From a virus, in the IMG/VR virus record IMGVR_UViG_3300029258_004576: a DNA stretch of 64,000 nt, one strand, 5' to 3'. A program made the translations under genes and the position numbers. The stretch's first letter is position 1; each line of letters starts with the position of its first letter. A model generated the notes under the pieces. That model ran no database searches, had not been told where the DNA came from, and saw only the letters and a program-made list of their open reading frames with translations. Below are positions 29,130 to 38,551 of this stretch, piece after piece.

Positions 29130-30064
29130 TGCATCTTCAGCTTGTCTGTCAGTACTACCTGATCAGAAGGTGCAGTATGAGGAGCAGCTGGTGGACCACT
29201 AGGACCAACCCCTGTTGGATGAGTATGAGTATTCAACCAGGGAACAAACGTACTGTTCCACCATGCCATGAATGACGTCCCCTTTACCGCACTGTCTGTC
29301 GCTACATCTCCTATCTCAACCCCTCCTGTTTTTAAGTTAATACCTTGGGCATTTACGATAAACGAATCCGTACCAATTATTTGAACAACCCCCTCTGCCA
29401 ACGTCATAGCATTCCCACTTTGATCCACTATCTGCACACCGTCAGCATCCTGGATAAAAGAATTGCCATGCTTGTCTGTTAGAATGTTCGCCTCTTCCCC
29501 CTCGGTAGTTCGCAATTCCAAAAAGGATCCAACATGAGTTGCAATCTGAACTCCACCTTCATTTGTAAATGCTAAGAACGTGTATTTTGGAGAGTTTGGA
29601 TCACTCTTATCTACCCAGATCAACTTAACCGTCAGATCATCCGGATTGTCGTCTAACGTGAACTCATGCCCAGCCGCTGTTTTGAAAATACGCCGAGTAG
29701 GCTTCCCATCGGTGTAAGCTCCCTCGGGCACAAAATTATCACTACCGTCAACCTTGGGCCAATACCCACCTGAATATCGAGGGTAAGATGGATTGCCGTT
29801 CCTAAACGTCACACTTACGGGATCTCCAATATCAGGTACCCAAAACGTCCCCTTATCTCTACCACCCATGGGCAAACTAGGCCACGCCCACGAACCAATG
29901 GGAGCATTCCCAGCTACGTTTGGCACCCTCACCTGGATACGTCCTTGCTCCTCGGGATCTTCGTTGTTCGTGCAAGTCCCATCGTAAACAGAATAGTACA
30001 ACCCAAAATATTCCAAGCCGTACTTGAGCATGTTTCCAAAAAATCTTTGAAATAAATAACTCAT
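29126..30064 (-). CDS. Baseplate spike (gp5/VgrG/gpV-like OB-fold)
   Basis: DPEEQGRIQVRVP...WAWP...FWVPDIGDPVSVTFRNGNPSYP; C-terminal THTH metal-binding tip motif. Confidence 0.85.
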   Translation of the reverse strand: MSYLFQRFFGNMLKYGLEYFGLYYSVYDGTCTNNEDPEEQGRIQVRVPNVAGNAPIGSWAWPSLPMGGRDKGTFWVPDIGDPVSVTFRNGNPSYPRYSGGYWPKVDGSDNFVPEGAYTDGKPTRRIFKTAAGHEFTLDDNPDDLTVKLIWVDKSDPNSPKYTFLAFTNEGGVQIATHVGSFLELRTTEGEEANILTDKHGNSFIQDADGVQIVDQSGNAMTLAEGVVQIIGTDSFIVNAQGINLKTGGVEIGDVATDSAVKGTSFMAWWNSTFVPWLNTHTHPTGVGPSGPPAAPHTAPSDQVVLTDKLKMQ

Positions 30065-30066
30065 GC

Positions 30067-31425
30067 TTATTCCGGTTTCTTGGTATCAGTCAACAATGCA
30101 TCAAACCACTTGTCCACAACAGGCTCTACATGTTTTTCAACCGTCGCAGCAAAAGGATCAAGATCTCTGTTGACACTCGGAAAACCTCTTCCAAATGCCT
30201 GGCAATCCATCTCCCCCCCACTGCTATCTAGCTTGATACTGATTTTGTTCAACATGTACGTTCCGGAAAAATAATCGCCTATTCCCTGAAGCCTGACAAA
30301 CATGCCAGGAATCAAATTGGGTACAGCAAAACAACTAAACCCAGCCGAAATACCATGATCTTCCGCTGTCGATTCTCTCACCCCAGATAATATCCCATCG
30401 ATAAAACCTTTCGTCTCCTTGCCGTTCAAGGGTAGACACATAATCCTACCCCCCTCATCGCCAGCAGAATCGACTTTGATTGTTGCCTTAGTCTTCACAT
30501 CCCCCATCTTCTGAGGAGGCTTACCGTCGACATCTGGCGGTGCAGCAACAGTTTCCTTGGACGTAAAAGCAGCAACTTGAGCTGTCTTGTCCGTCGATAC
30601 ACTCGGATCCTTCTCCACTTCAGGATCATCGTTTGGACCATAAGCCAATGTATTCGTCCCCTGAAACTGTCGAATAAAAAGAGCACCCATCGACTCGGGA
30701 TCGAAAGACGTCATTGGAAAAATATTGTTCCAAATGTCAATCTTTCCATACATTTGAAACGTTGCATTCACATCCGGATAACCAGGTAACGGAGCTGCTG
30801 CATCAACAAAATACAAAAACTGATTGCGAGAAATCATCCGAATCCCAAATTTTTCAGACTCCTGAAGCAAAAATTGCATATCAGTCCGTCCACCTTGCAC
30901 CATGGACGTCTGTGGTTCATCAACCATCGACTTCACGTTTTTGCTCAACTCTCCAAATTCAACCTTCAGCCCATATCTCTCTGCTATCTCTGTCGCTACC
31001 TCTCGAAATGTCCGAGGAGACTCCTCAGATGCCCAACTCCTGACCCTCTCTACCCGATCTGCATTCCAAGCCAATGTCGTTGCAGGAATCGTTATCGAAA
31101 TCTCCTCACCAAACGATACTTCCGGCATTTGCATGAAACCATAATACCAATCAGATATGGCCCCAGGCATATCAGAATAACCCCACCTTACCCCTAACGT
31201 GTTGCCCAACCTGAGCCATTCATTATCTTTCGAAATCAATTCAATCGCTTTTTCATAAGGAGGAGCAAGTGTTATGCTGATATTTAAATTCGCACCTCTC
31301 TCCAAATCAATCGATACACTCTCCAAATAAGGCAAGGTCTCTTCACCTTTTATTTTCAGATCTGTAAACCTGCCAGTCGCTGGATTAGAAATCCGACCAT
31401 CGATAAATAAACTCCTGAAAGACAC
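30067..31425 (-). CDS. Baseplate hub (gp27 / P2 gpD-like)
   Basis: VRWGY, IAERYGL, QGGRTDMQFL and PNLIPGMFVRLQGIGDYFSGTY motifs. Confidence 0.8.
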   Translation of the reverse strand: MSFRSLFIDGRISNPATGRFTDLKIKGEETLPYLESVSIDLERGANLNISITLAPPYEKAIELISKDNEWLRLGNTLGVRWGYSDMPGAISDWYYGFMQMPEVSFGEEISITIPATTLAWNADRVERVRSWASEESPRTFREVATEIAERYGLKVEFGELSKNVKSMVDEPQTSMVQGGRTDMQFLLQESEKFGIRMISRNQFLYFVDAAAPLPGYPDVNATFQMYGKIDIWNNIFPMTSFDPESMGALFIRQFQGTNTLAYGPNDDPEVEKDPSVSTDKTAQVAAFTSKETVAAPPDVDGKPPQKMGDVKTKATIKVDSAGDEGGRIMCLPLNGKETKGFIDGILSGVRESTAEDHGISAGFSCFAVPNLIPGMFVRLQGIGDYFSGTYMLNKISIKLDSSGGEMDCQAFGRGFPSVNRDLDPFAATVEKHVEPVVDKWFDALLTDTKKPE

Positions 31426-31754
31426 TAGAACAAACTCTTTCTCACCAAAGACGCCCTCGGTACTACCGCCGTATGGCCAGTAACCAAATCATCCGGCAAC
31501 AATCGATAGTTGTTCCTGTGCGCCAATACCCACCACCAATCATCACGTTTGTATTTTTTTCTCGAAATTATATCCGACCGATCTGATTCGTCGATCACAT
31601 GATATTCGTCAGAAATATCCGGCTCTATCGTCGGCAAATCAGGTCGGGTCCAAAACTCGATACCATCGACTACCAGCAAATCTGAATGAACCAACCGAGA
31701 ACTACCTTTTCTTATCACTACTGGCATACTAAACCCCGCTTCCCATCGCTCCAT
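31425..31754 (-). CDS. LysM-like / gp53-like baseplate wedge protein
   Basis: YHVIDESDRSDIISRKKY...WWVLAHRN...DLVTGHTAVVP. Confidence 0.75.
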   Translation of the reverse strand: MERWEAGFSMPVVIRKGSSRLVHSDLLVVDGIEFWTRPDLPTIEPDISDEYHVIDESDRSDIISRKKYKRDDWWWVLAHRNNYRLLPDDLVTGHTAVVPRASLVRKSLF

Positions 31755-34700
31755 TCACTTCATGCTTGCGTATGTTTTTAGAAACCTTCTTGCCGTCTAA
31801 CTCCGCAGTTACATACAAATCAATAGGACTATTCTTCATCGCCTCTACAGCTGATTGTAAGATTTCCGTCTTCTTAATCATCTCAGCTTGCTGACTCTTT
31901 ACTACTGCCACCATGTCTTTGACGGTTTCCTCTGTTGCCCCACCTTGTTTTCTACGCCTTCGCCCACGTCCTTTTTTCGATTCTTTTTCAACCTCTGCCA
32001 CTTCCTCTTCTACTTGTGTTTTCGCTGCTTCTCTCTTCTTGGCATCTTCATTCGCTTTTTTGGTCTTAGCCAAACCTTCATCTATGCCAGCCAAATCCCT
32101 ATTTAAATCATCCATGTTCTTTCGAACACTTTCTCTCTGTTTCATCTCGCCAGCTGTATAAGCACCTTTGATCAAAAACGCCTTAGCAACTGCATTGGCC
32201 GCTGCTTCTGTCTGCTCTTTCTGAGCTGCTAATCTCTCAGTCGCTCGTGATTCCTCTCGCTCTTCAGCCTGTTTTTCAAAACTCTTTGCTTCTTTCTTCT
32301 GAAGCTTCTTCAACCCCTCTTCGCCACCAACCTCCTCTTTGAACTTCTTAAAACTAGAAGCAAATTCAGACATCGACTCCGTGCGAGCTATTGGCGGTAA
32401 ACTCTCTATGATCCTGGCAATAACGTCCCGTACTTTGAACATACCCAGCTCAATACCCTGCCTCATTCTCAAAAAAATACGCTGAAAACCAGTAACAAAT
32501 GTATCAAACGTACCCTCCAAATGAGTGACAACATTAACCCACATACTCTTTAGTGATTTACCAACGTAAGAAGCAGAAGCCTTTATAAACTCCCAACCAG
32601 CTGCTACTATATTCTTAAACGTATCCCAACTTATCCCCATGCCATCAACCAATGAATTGAAGCCATGAAAAACATGAGCAAAAAACTTCTCAGCACTTGC
32701 CACCATGTCAAAATAAAACTCATCAAACCCGTCAGCTGATAAGCCCAGCGCTTTCCCAATCATGCTTGGTAATCCAAACAACGCTGCATCAATCGTCGAC
32801 ATGACACCCTTGAACGCCTCTTTGCCAGCCATCGAAGTCTTGGCAAATTCGGGTATCAAATCATCTGCCATAACATCGCCAATACTCTTCATCCGTTTTT
32901 CTACTTGCTGCATCCCCTCCATGACGCCCATAAAGATCCCAGCGCCGCCAATCATTTTCCCCATGCCTTTGATGCTTTTGAACATATTACGGAATCCACC
33001 CGTAAACACCTTTCGAAACTTTCCAGAAAAAACCAACAACCCCGTCAACGATACCGTTACGATAGATGCAAGCTTTTTCATCGATTCGCCAATTGATTTC
33101 GCATCAAAAACAGAAGCCCATATCCCCTTGAATGCACCCAGTACGATACCTTTCAACATCTTGGCCACACCCAGAAACGCATCGCTCATCCCAGCTTTTT
33201 GAGCCCCGTCAACCCCACCATCTGTACCCCCGAAAAGCGCAGTAAAAATACCACCAACCGACGCAACTGCCTTGCCAATAAGTTTAAAAGTAATCTTGGC
33301 AAACGACTCCCAGTCTACCTTGGATAGAAGTTTCCCAAGTCCACCTGCTACAGCAACAAAGACCTCACCAACTTTAGTAAAAATCTTCTCAAAAGGAATC
33401 TTGTCGAAGAACTTACCAATCTTATCAAACACCTTGCCGCTTTTTAAGTTATCCAAAAACCCATTGAATTGTTCTTTGATCTTGTTGATCTTTTCTTGAG
33501 TCTTCTTGGGCAACTTATCAAACAACTTCGAAAAATTATCTCCAAACGAAGAAATCTGCTCCCAAGCTTTTTCTGGACCATCTGTCAAAAGCTTGAACAC
33601 GCCAAACAATAGACCACCACCCAGCGCCATCTTGCCAATACTGCCAAACGTGAGCCCCATGGAGCCCATGGCTGTGAGCATCGGTATCGCTGACGACGTA
33701 ATACCCCCAAGCAATGGAGCCAAGCCACTGAGACCAGGTATGAGCGCTGTGAGCCCCACACGCTTGACAGCAAGCATCCTCCTCGTCAGCTCACCCAAAG
33801 GACCGTCATCCCCAGCTAATGTAGAAACAACCTGAAATGTATCCTTGAAACCAGATTGCATCTGCTTCTTCCAGGTACCTACCTCTTTCCTACTCAACCC
33901 AAACAACTTGGCCTTCATCGATTCCATCATACGATCCCAAGACTCGCCAACCGTAATGGAAGACTTCCAATGTTCGTCTGCTGTCTTCTTAAACAACCCC
34001 TTCGAGCCCTTGAGCGCATCCGGTATTTTCGCCATCGCCTCTTGCGCTTTATCCCAATTTCCCTTCATGGCAAACGCGACGTCCGGACCCAACGCTTCAC
34101 TCATCACTCCACTCAACCGCTGGAATGCAATCCCTGTCTGCCCACCTTGCTTCTCTGCTTCCGCAGACATCGCACGAAGAGTATCCATGAATTTCAATGG
34201 ATCACCTGACGACATCAGCTCGAACATCTTGTTTACATCACCACCTGTTTCCATGAGCCCCTTGGCCATATCTCCAAACTCACCACCCATCCCACGAAAC
34301 ATGTTGATGATATTTTTTCGCTCTCCGGCAATCGTCGTAAACATCGAGCGAGAAAGTTCTAATGCCTCTTGTGGCGCAAGCCCCAAAGCTTCCTTCAACC
34401 CACCACCCAGTTGAACAATAGACAACGTCATATTGTCGATCTCTTCAGGACTCAAAGTCTTTCCAAAATCCGCCAACTCCGCATTCAAAGATTCCAAAAT
34501 AGCTGGCCATGATTGGATGGCATCCTTACCCATGTTGAACACTTTACCCGATGCCACAATCTTATCAGCCAACCCCCCCACAGCTTCTTCCGTATACCCA
34601 AACCCCTTGACCAGATTACCCATTACCTGAGCAAGCTGCTCCCCCTGAATATCGTAAACAGAGGTGACCTTGATCAAACCCTTGACCGTCCCCGTCAACC

Positions 34701-35169
34701 CAGACGTCCCCAATACCTTATTCAGATCGAGACCTTGTTTGCGAAAGACCACCCAGTCTCGTGCTGCCCCCTCCATATCCTCGCCCATGCCAAACGCAGC
34801 ACTACCGATCTTTTTCCGGGCGTTCGCCATCTCCTTCTCTGTGATGTTCATCCCAGCCGTAAGTGCCGAAAAGGATTTATTGAACCCTGTATACATCGAC
34901 GAATAGGCATGATCCAATTCCGGACTCATCGCTTTGTCAATCATCGAGCCCATCGCCATGGAGATGGCACCAAACGCCTTGCCACCCCTTTGACCAAGCT
35001 TGCCCAATCCGTCTGCTAACGTACGACCAAATTTAGGCCCCACATCGCTAACTCGCTTCAAATCATCCCATAAACTAGAAACAGCATTCCCGATGCCTTC
35101 GACAGCTTTCTTAGCACCATCGTCGAAAACCTCGAAACCGAACCCTAATCCACCAAAATTCAGCGGCAT
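31729..35169 (-). CDS. Tail tape measure protein
   Basis: 1146 aa, helical and Gly/Ala/Lys-rich, follows the tube and chaperone genes; ends with YVTAELDGKKVS. Confidence 0.85.
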   Translation of the reverse strand: MPLNFGGLGFGFEVFDDGAKKAVEGIGNAVSSLWDDLKRVSDVGPKFGRTLADGLGKLGQRGGKAFGAISMAMGSMIDKAMSPELDHAYSSMYTGFNKSFSALTAGMNITEKEMANARKKIGSAAFGMGEDMEGAARDWVVFRKQGLDLNKVLGTSGLTGTVKGLIKVTSVYDIQGEQLAQVMGNLVKGFGYTEEAVGGLADKIVASGKVFNMGKDAIQSWPAILESLNAELADFGKTLSPEEIDNMTLSIVQLGGGLKEALGLAPQEALELSRSMFTTIAGERKNIINMFRGMGGEFGDMAKGLMETGGDVNKMFELMSSGDPLKFMDTLRAMSAEAEKQGGQTGIAFQRLSGVMSEALGPDVAFAMKGNWDKAQEAMAKIPDALKGSKGLFKKTADEHWKSSITVGESWDRMMESMKAKLFGLSRKEVGTWKKQMQSGFKDTFQVVSTLAGDDGPLGELTRRMLAVKRVGLTALIPGLSGLAPLLGGITSSAIPMLTAMGSMGLTFGSIGKMALGGGLLFGVFKLLTDGPEKAWEQISSFGDNFSKLFDKLPKKTQEKINKIKEQFNGFLDNLKSGKVFDKIGKFFDKIPFEKIFTKVGEVFVAVAGGLGKLLSKVDWESFAKITFKLIGKAVASVGGIFTALFGGTDGGVDGAQKAGMSDAFLGVAKMLKGIVLGAFKGIWASVFDAKSIGESMKKLASIVTVSLTGLLVFSGKFRKVFTGGFRNMFKSIKGMGKMIGGAGIFMGVMEGMQQVEKRMKSIGDVMADDLIPEFAKTSMAGKEAFKGVMSTIDAALFGLPSMIGKALGLSADGFDEFYFDMVASAEKFFAHVFHGFNSLVDGMGISWDTFKNIVAAGWEFIKASASYVGKSLKSMWVNVVTHLEGTFDTFVTGFQRIFLRMRQGIELGMFKVRDVIARIIESLPPIARTESMSEFASSFKKFKEEVGGEEGLKKLQKKEAKSFEKQAEEREESRATERLAAQKEQTEAAANAVAKAFLIKGAYTAGEMKQRESVRKNMDDLNRDLAGIDEGLAKTKKANEDAKKREAAKTQVEEEVAEVEKESKKGRGRRRRKQGGATEETVKDMVAVVKSQQAEMIKKTEILQSAVEAMKNSPIDLYVTAELDGKKVSKNIRKHEVNGAMGSGV

Positions 35170-35561
35170 TACAACTCCTCAGCTCCTAGTTTCCTAGCAA
35201 TAAGCCAAATGAAAAAGTTCGAACCTGAAAGCAAGAAACCATCCCACAAAAAGAACAAATCATACGCACACTGCATATACTCAGTTATAAACCCTCCCTG
35301 TAGCAATGACAAACAAACGCCTACCCAGAACCCCATGCACGCATGGCACCGAACAAGCCTTCCTAAATACTCATATCGAAACAGGGTAAAACGTTTCAAT
35401 ACACTGTAAGGGACAGTATCGTCATTGTCTCTTGAAACAATATGTTCGAACTTCTTGTCAGAAACACCAGAAACCAATGTCCGAAACCATAAAAAAACAT
35501 GAAGAAAAGTCAACGCATTGGTCACAGAAAACCCTATGAGCAAAAATAAAAAAAGCGACAT
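35169..35561 (-). CDS. DUF1360-like membrane protein
   Basis: LGRLVRCHACMGFWVG motif and TM helices; start ATG 35561 overlaps an upstream mini-ORF stop (TAATG). Confidence 0.6.
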   Translation of the reverse strand: MSLFLFLLIGFSVTNALTFLHVFLWFRTLVSGVSDKKFEHIVSRDNDDTVPYSVLKRFTLFRYEYLGRLVRCHACMGFWVGVCLSLLQGGFITEYMQCAYDLFFLWDGFLLSGSNFFIWLIARKLGAEEL

Positions 35562-35637
35562 TAGCAACCCTTTTTACAATGTCTAACCCTCGGTAACATC
35601 CATCGTTTTCTCATATCGCACCTCTCCTGTTTTTTTA

Positions 35638-35796
35638 TTAACTCGCTTGCAATATATAATCTTCATGCGCTTTGATCGCACGATAACGACGAGAAGACGG
35701 CATAGCCATGATGCTCTCATAAGGTAAGTGCAATTCGCTCATCAAATAAAATACCTCGTCTTCTAATCGCTCGACTCGACAAAAGGGGAGAAAAAC
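35638..35796 (-). other. Probable -1 programmed frameshift extension of the tail assembly chaperone (G-T type)
   Basis: Canonical X XXY YYZ heptamer C-CCT-TTT at 35787-35781 (also G-TTT-TTC at 35796-35790). The -1 frame reads RLEDEVFYLMSELHLPYESIMAMPSSRRYRAIK... to TAA at 35640-35638. Confidence 0.7.
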
Positions 35797-36569
35797 TGAG
35801 CACCCCCTATCTCCAATGTCGTCATGAATTCATGACCACAATTCCTGCACACACACTCGAAATCTGTCTCTATTCCGCCCTCTGAATCAAATTGTCTTCG
35901 TATCTCTTGCCGCTCTACTGCCGACAGACGTTTAAGCGATTCTTTGATCTTTTTATAGTCAGTCTCTTCGTTGAAACTTTTCACTCTGATCAGCAAAGCA
36001 TTTGTCGCTCGCTCTCTCGCATTCTTTATCTTGCCACTCTGTAATTCCATCTCACCTGTCATCATCTCCCATGTAACCTTGTTCTGCCTGCTAGTTGTGA
36101 ACTCTCTCACGTTTGCAAGCGGATCACCCTTTACCGGCAATCCAACAAAATCACTGAGATTCAAAATGGCAGTCCAGGTATACGGTTTTCCCTCATCATT
36201 AGTGCACTCTGGACATCTGACTCTTTGCCTAATCTCACTACCTACCGTTGCTTCCCTGATCCGGAAAATTGCCACCATCAAATCCGACATAAGCAATTGC
36301 CCAGATATTCTTTTCAACCGTTTTGAATCTATGATGGAATGACCATCTCCATCAGATAACGACACCAAGCAATTTCCCACCAAATCATGCATCCGTTTAC
36401 TGAACGACACATTATCGTTGGCAATAATATCCTCCTCGTAGCCTGTCATCTCTCTAACTTCCGCACGATTCAACACGAAAGTCTCCCCTTCGTCGGCTAA
36501 CAAAAAACCACGAGGCAACGTAAACTCTTTAACAGGAACTTTCGCATCCTCAATATTCGTCCTATCCAT
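35763..36569 (-). CDS. Tail assembly / baseplate hub chaperone (T4 gp26-like)
   Basis: VREMTGYEEDII, CPEC and CRNCGHE motifs; lies between the tube and tape measure genes. Confidence 0.75.
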   Translation of the reverse strand: MDRTNIEDAKVPVKEFTLPRGFLLADEGETFVLNRAEVREMTGYEEDIIANDNVSFSKRMHDLVGNCLVSLSDGDGHSIIDSKRLKRISGQLLMSDLMVAIFRIREATVGSEIRQRVRCPECTNDEGKPYTWTAILNLSDFVGLPVKGDPLANVREFTTSRQNKVTWEMMTGEMELQSGKIKNARERATNALLIRVKSFNEETDYKKIKESLKRLSAVERQEIRRQFDSEGGIETDFECVCRNCGHEFMTTLEIGGAQFFSPFVESSD

Positions 36570-36765
36570 GTTCTTCTACCTTTCTCGTTTGTTCATCCCT
36601 TAGATGCATACCTACAAGTTGTCGAATAATATCACTCACTGTCCGTCCATCATACATAGCCAATTCCTTCAACTCCGAATGCTGACGTTTCGTCAACCAC
36701 ATGCTTAAACGCACCTTTCCAGTCGACGAAAATCCTTTTTCCTCATCCGATCCATCTTGTCCCAT
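36562..36765 (-). CDS. Ribbon-helix-helix (CopG-like) regulator
   Basis: KVRLSMWLTKRQHSELKELAMYDGRTVSDIIRQLV; start MGQDG chosen from the GGGAGGT RBS. Confidence 0.7.
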   Translation of the reverse strand: MGQDGSDEEKGFSSTGKVRLSMWLTKRQHSELKELAMYDGRTVSDIIRQLVGMHLRDEQTRKVEEHG

Positions 36766-36844
36766 CGTACACCTCCCTGACGTATGATAGGAGTATATTA
36801 GCCACACAATGGGCAAATCAAGGAATCACTCGTTTTTTTTTCGA

Positions 36845-37039
36845 TTAAACTCTTGGAGGATTTGGAGGACTGAACTCTTTGGAAAAACGCTTGGCTATCC
36901 GCTTCTTTTTCTTTCTCAACATGTCAACCACACCAGACAACGTTGCTGGAAACCGCTTACGAACTACCGCAAAAGGTTTTACAATAGGTGGCACAGCCGC
37001 ACTCGTCGTGATTTCATCAAACCGCTCATGATCTTCCAT
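36845..37039 (-). CDS. Small basic peptide
   Basis: 64 aa with GAGGTG RBS; FDE-ITTSAAVP start and Lys/Arg-rich tail. Confidence 0.5.
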   Translation of the reverse strand: MEDHERFDEITTSAAVPPIVKPFAVVRKRFPATLSGVVDMLRKKKKRIAKRFSKEFSPPNPPRV

Positions 37040-37049
37040 GACGACACCT

Positions 37050-37760
37050 CTATCCAGCTAAGGAAAATTCCTCAAAATGACTGAACACAATCTCCAACTC
37101 TTCGATGCTCACTGCTGTCGCACTCGCGTCAAAATCACTCCCCGGCTTGTACCGAGTTGGTAAACAATCAAACAGCATATACACCTTGCCAGGAATCGAC
37201 GTGATGCCCACATCGACCATGCCGTTTGTCCAAGCAGCTAACTGATCAGTAAGAGCTGCCACACCAGCCGCTGGAAGCAACGCAGCACCCTTCACTGCAT
37301 CCACCCCTGAGCCCTTGTTCATGCTCTCTACCAAGCCTTCTGGAGAGATCCCTGTACCATGCATGATCAGCATGTTCCGGCGCTTACCAGGCACAGGAGG
37401 AAGCCCCTGCAACGCTACCGCACCAGCAAGATCTGCCAAAAAACTCGTCACACCATAAGAAGAATCTGTATTGTTCCCATTGAGACAAGCCACCGTCCAT
37501 CGCCAAAAATCGCTATTGAACGGAGTAACCCCCTTTTGCAACGTAATGCTATTCATACTGGCCTTGCCCAATACATGATGAATAAAATTACTCGTCCCCT
37601 CACGAATCTCTTCACTCTCTATCGACATCTCGGGCATCGTGATCGAAGAAAATCCAGCTGTGGGAAACAATACAAAAGGAGGTACCGAGAACGACCAATC
37701 TACGTCAAGTAAATGGAATTCGTGAACTCGCAGCTCGTCACTGAGCATACCTCGTGGCAT
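37050..37760 (-). CDS. Tail tube protein 2 (T4 gp19 family) with hydrophobic insertion
   Basis: GFSSITMPEMSIE.EEIREG...ITLQKGV...FWRW and YKPGSDFDASATAVSIEELEI. Confidence 0.85.
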   Translation of the reverse strand: MPRGMLSDELRVHEFHLLDVDWSFSVPPFVLFPTAGFSSITMPEMSIESEEIREGTSNFIHHVLGKASMNSITLQKGVTPFNSDFWRWTVACLNGNNTDSSYGVTSFLADLAGAVALQGLPPVPGKRRNMLIMHGTGISPEGLVESMNKGSGVDAVKGAALLPAAGVAALTDQLAAWTNGMVDVGITSIPGKVYMLFDCLPTRYKPGSDFDASATAVSIEELEIVFSHFEEFSLAG

Positions 37761-37774
37761 GAATTACCTATCTG

Positions 37775-38284
37775 CTAGGGATTAGGAGCATCCAGTTCTA
37801 CAGACTCAACCGCACATGTGATCTCTTGGACGTTTATGTCCGAAGCACTGGCATCCAAGTCACCCATCAGCTTGACACTCTGCGGGATACAGTTCCTCAT
37901 AATGATCGACCTTGCTGGTTCCTCACTATCAGCATCGCCCCATCCATCGCCCTCTTGATTGTACAAACTGACCGTGAAATCAGTCCTGAACGGCTTTTTG
38001 TTCAGATACTTGTTCACCGCCCAATCATAGAACGTTGTGTCCCCAAGGAGTATCCCCCTGGTCATGGTGCAATCTTCCCACGTTGGCACACCGATGAATT
38101 TCTTTGTGTACTTTTTGTTCCCAACCCGATGTTCGGCTTGCTCGAATGTCAGATTCGGTGTCGTGATGGTATTGAAACCAGCTACCGGCTCCTCATTCTC
38201 GAACACCCCAGCGCCATCGTTGGCTTCGAAAACCCGAAACCTAAAACTCTGAAGTTGGTCTTCTGCAACTGCTCTTGGTGGCAT
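37775..38284 (-). CDS. gp19: Tail tube protein 1 (T4 gp19 family)
   Basis: DQLQSFRFRV, GFNTITTP, TMTRGI...FYDW and DLDASASDINVQEITCAVE. Confidence 0.9.
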   Translation of the reverse strand: MPPRAVAEDQLQSFRFRVFEANDGAGVFENEEPVAGFNTITTPNLTFEQAEHRVGNKKYTKKFIGVPTWEDCTMTRGILLGDTTFYDWAVNKYLNKKPFRTDFTVSLYNQEGDGWGDADSEEPARSIIMRNCIPQSVKLMGDLDASASDINVQEITCAVESVELDAPNP

Positions 38285-38318
38285 CTTATCTATCCTCCCT
38301 GCGCTACGTCACGCATAG

Positions 38319-38504
38319 CTACACGCTTTTTAAACTCAATGACTTTCCCTGCCATTCACAAGGAACAACACCACAGGCTCGCAGAACATTGCGTACAGTC
38401 GTATCCGACACATCAAACTGTTTGACCAATTCACGCGTCGGAACACCGTCGCAATAGAGCTTGACCAGCTCCTCGTTCTGCAAGACTGTAAGTGCCTTTT
38501 TCAT
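38319..38504 (-). CDS. Short helix-turn-helix ORF, possibly a homing-endonuclease remnant
   Basis: LYCDGVPTRELVKQFDVSDTTVRNVLRACGV fits an HTH; only 61 aa. Confidence 0.5.
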   Translation of the reverse strand: MKKALTVLQNEELVKLYCDGVPTRELVKQFDVSDTTVRNVLRACGVVPCEWQGKSLSLKSV

Positions 38505-38551
38505 ACCCGAAACCTCAAATGTTAAATCAACAATAAATCACGTAACTATGC

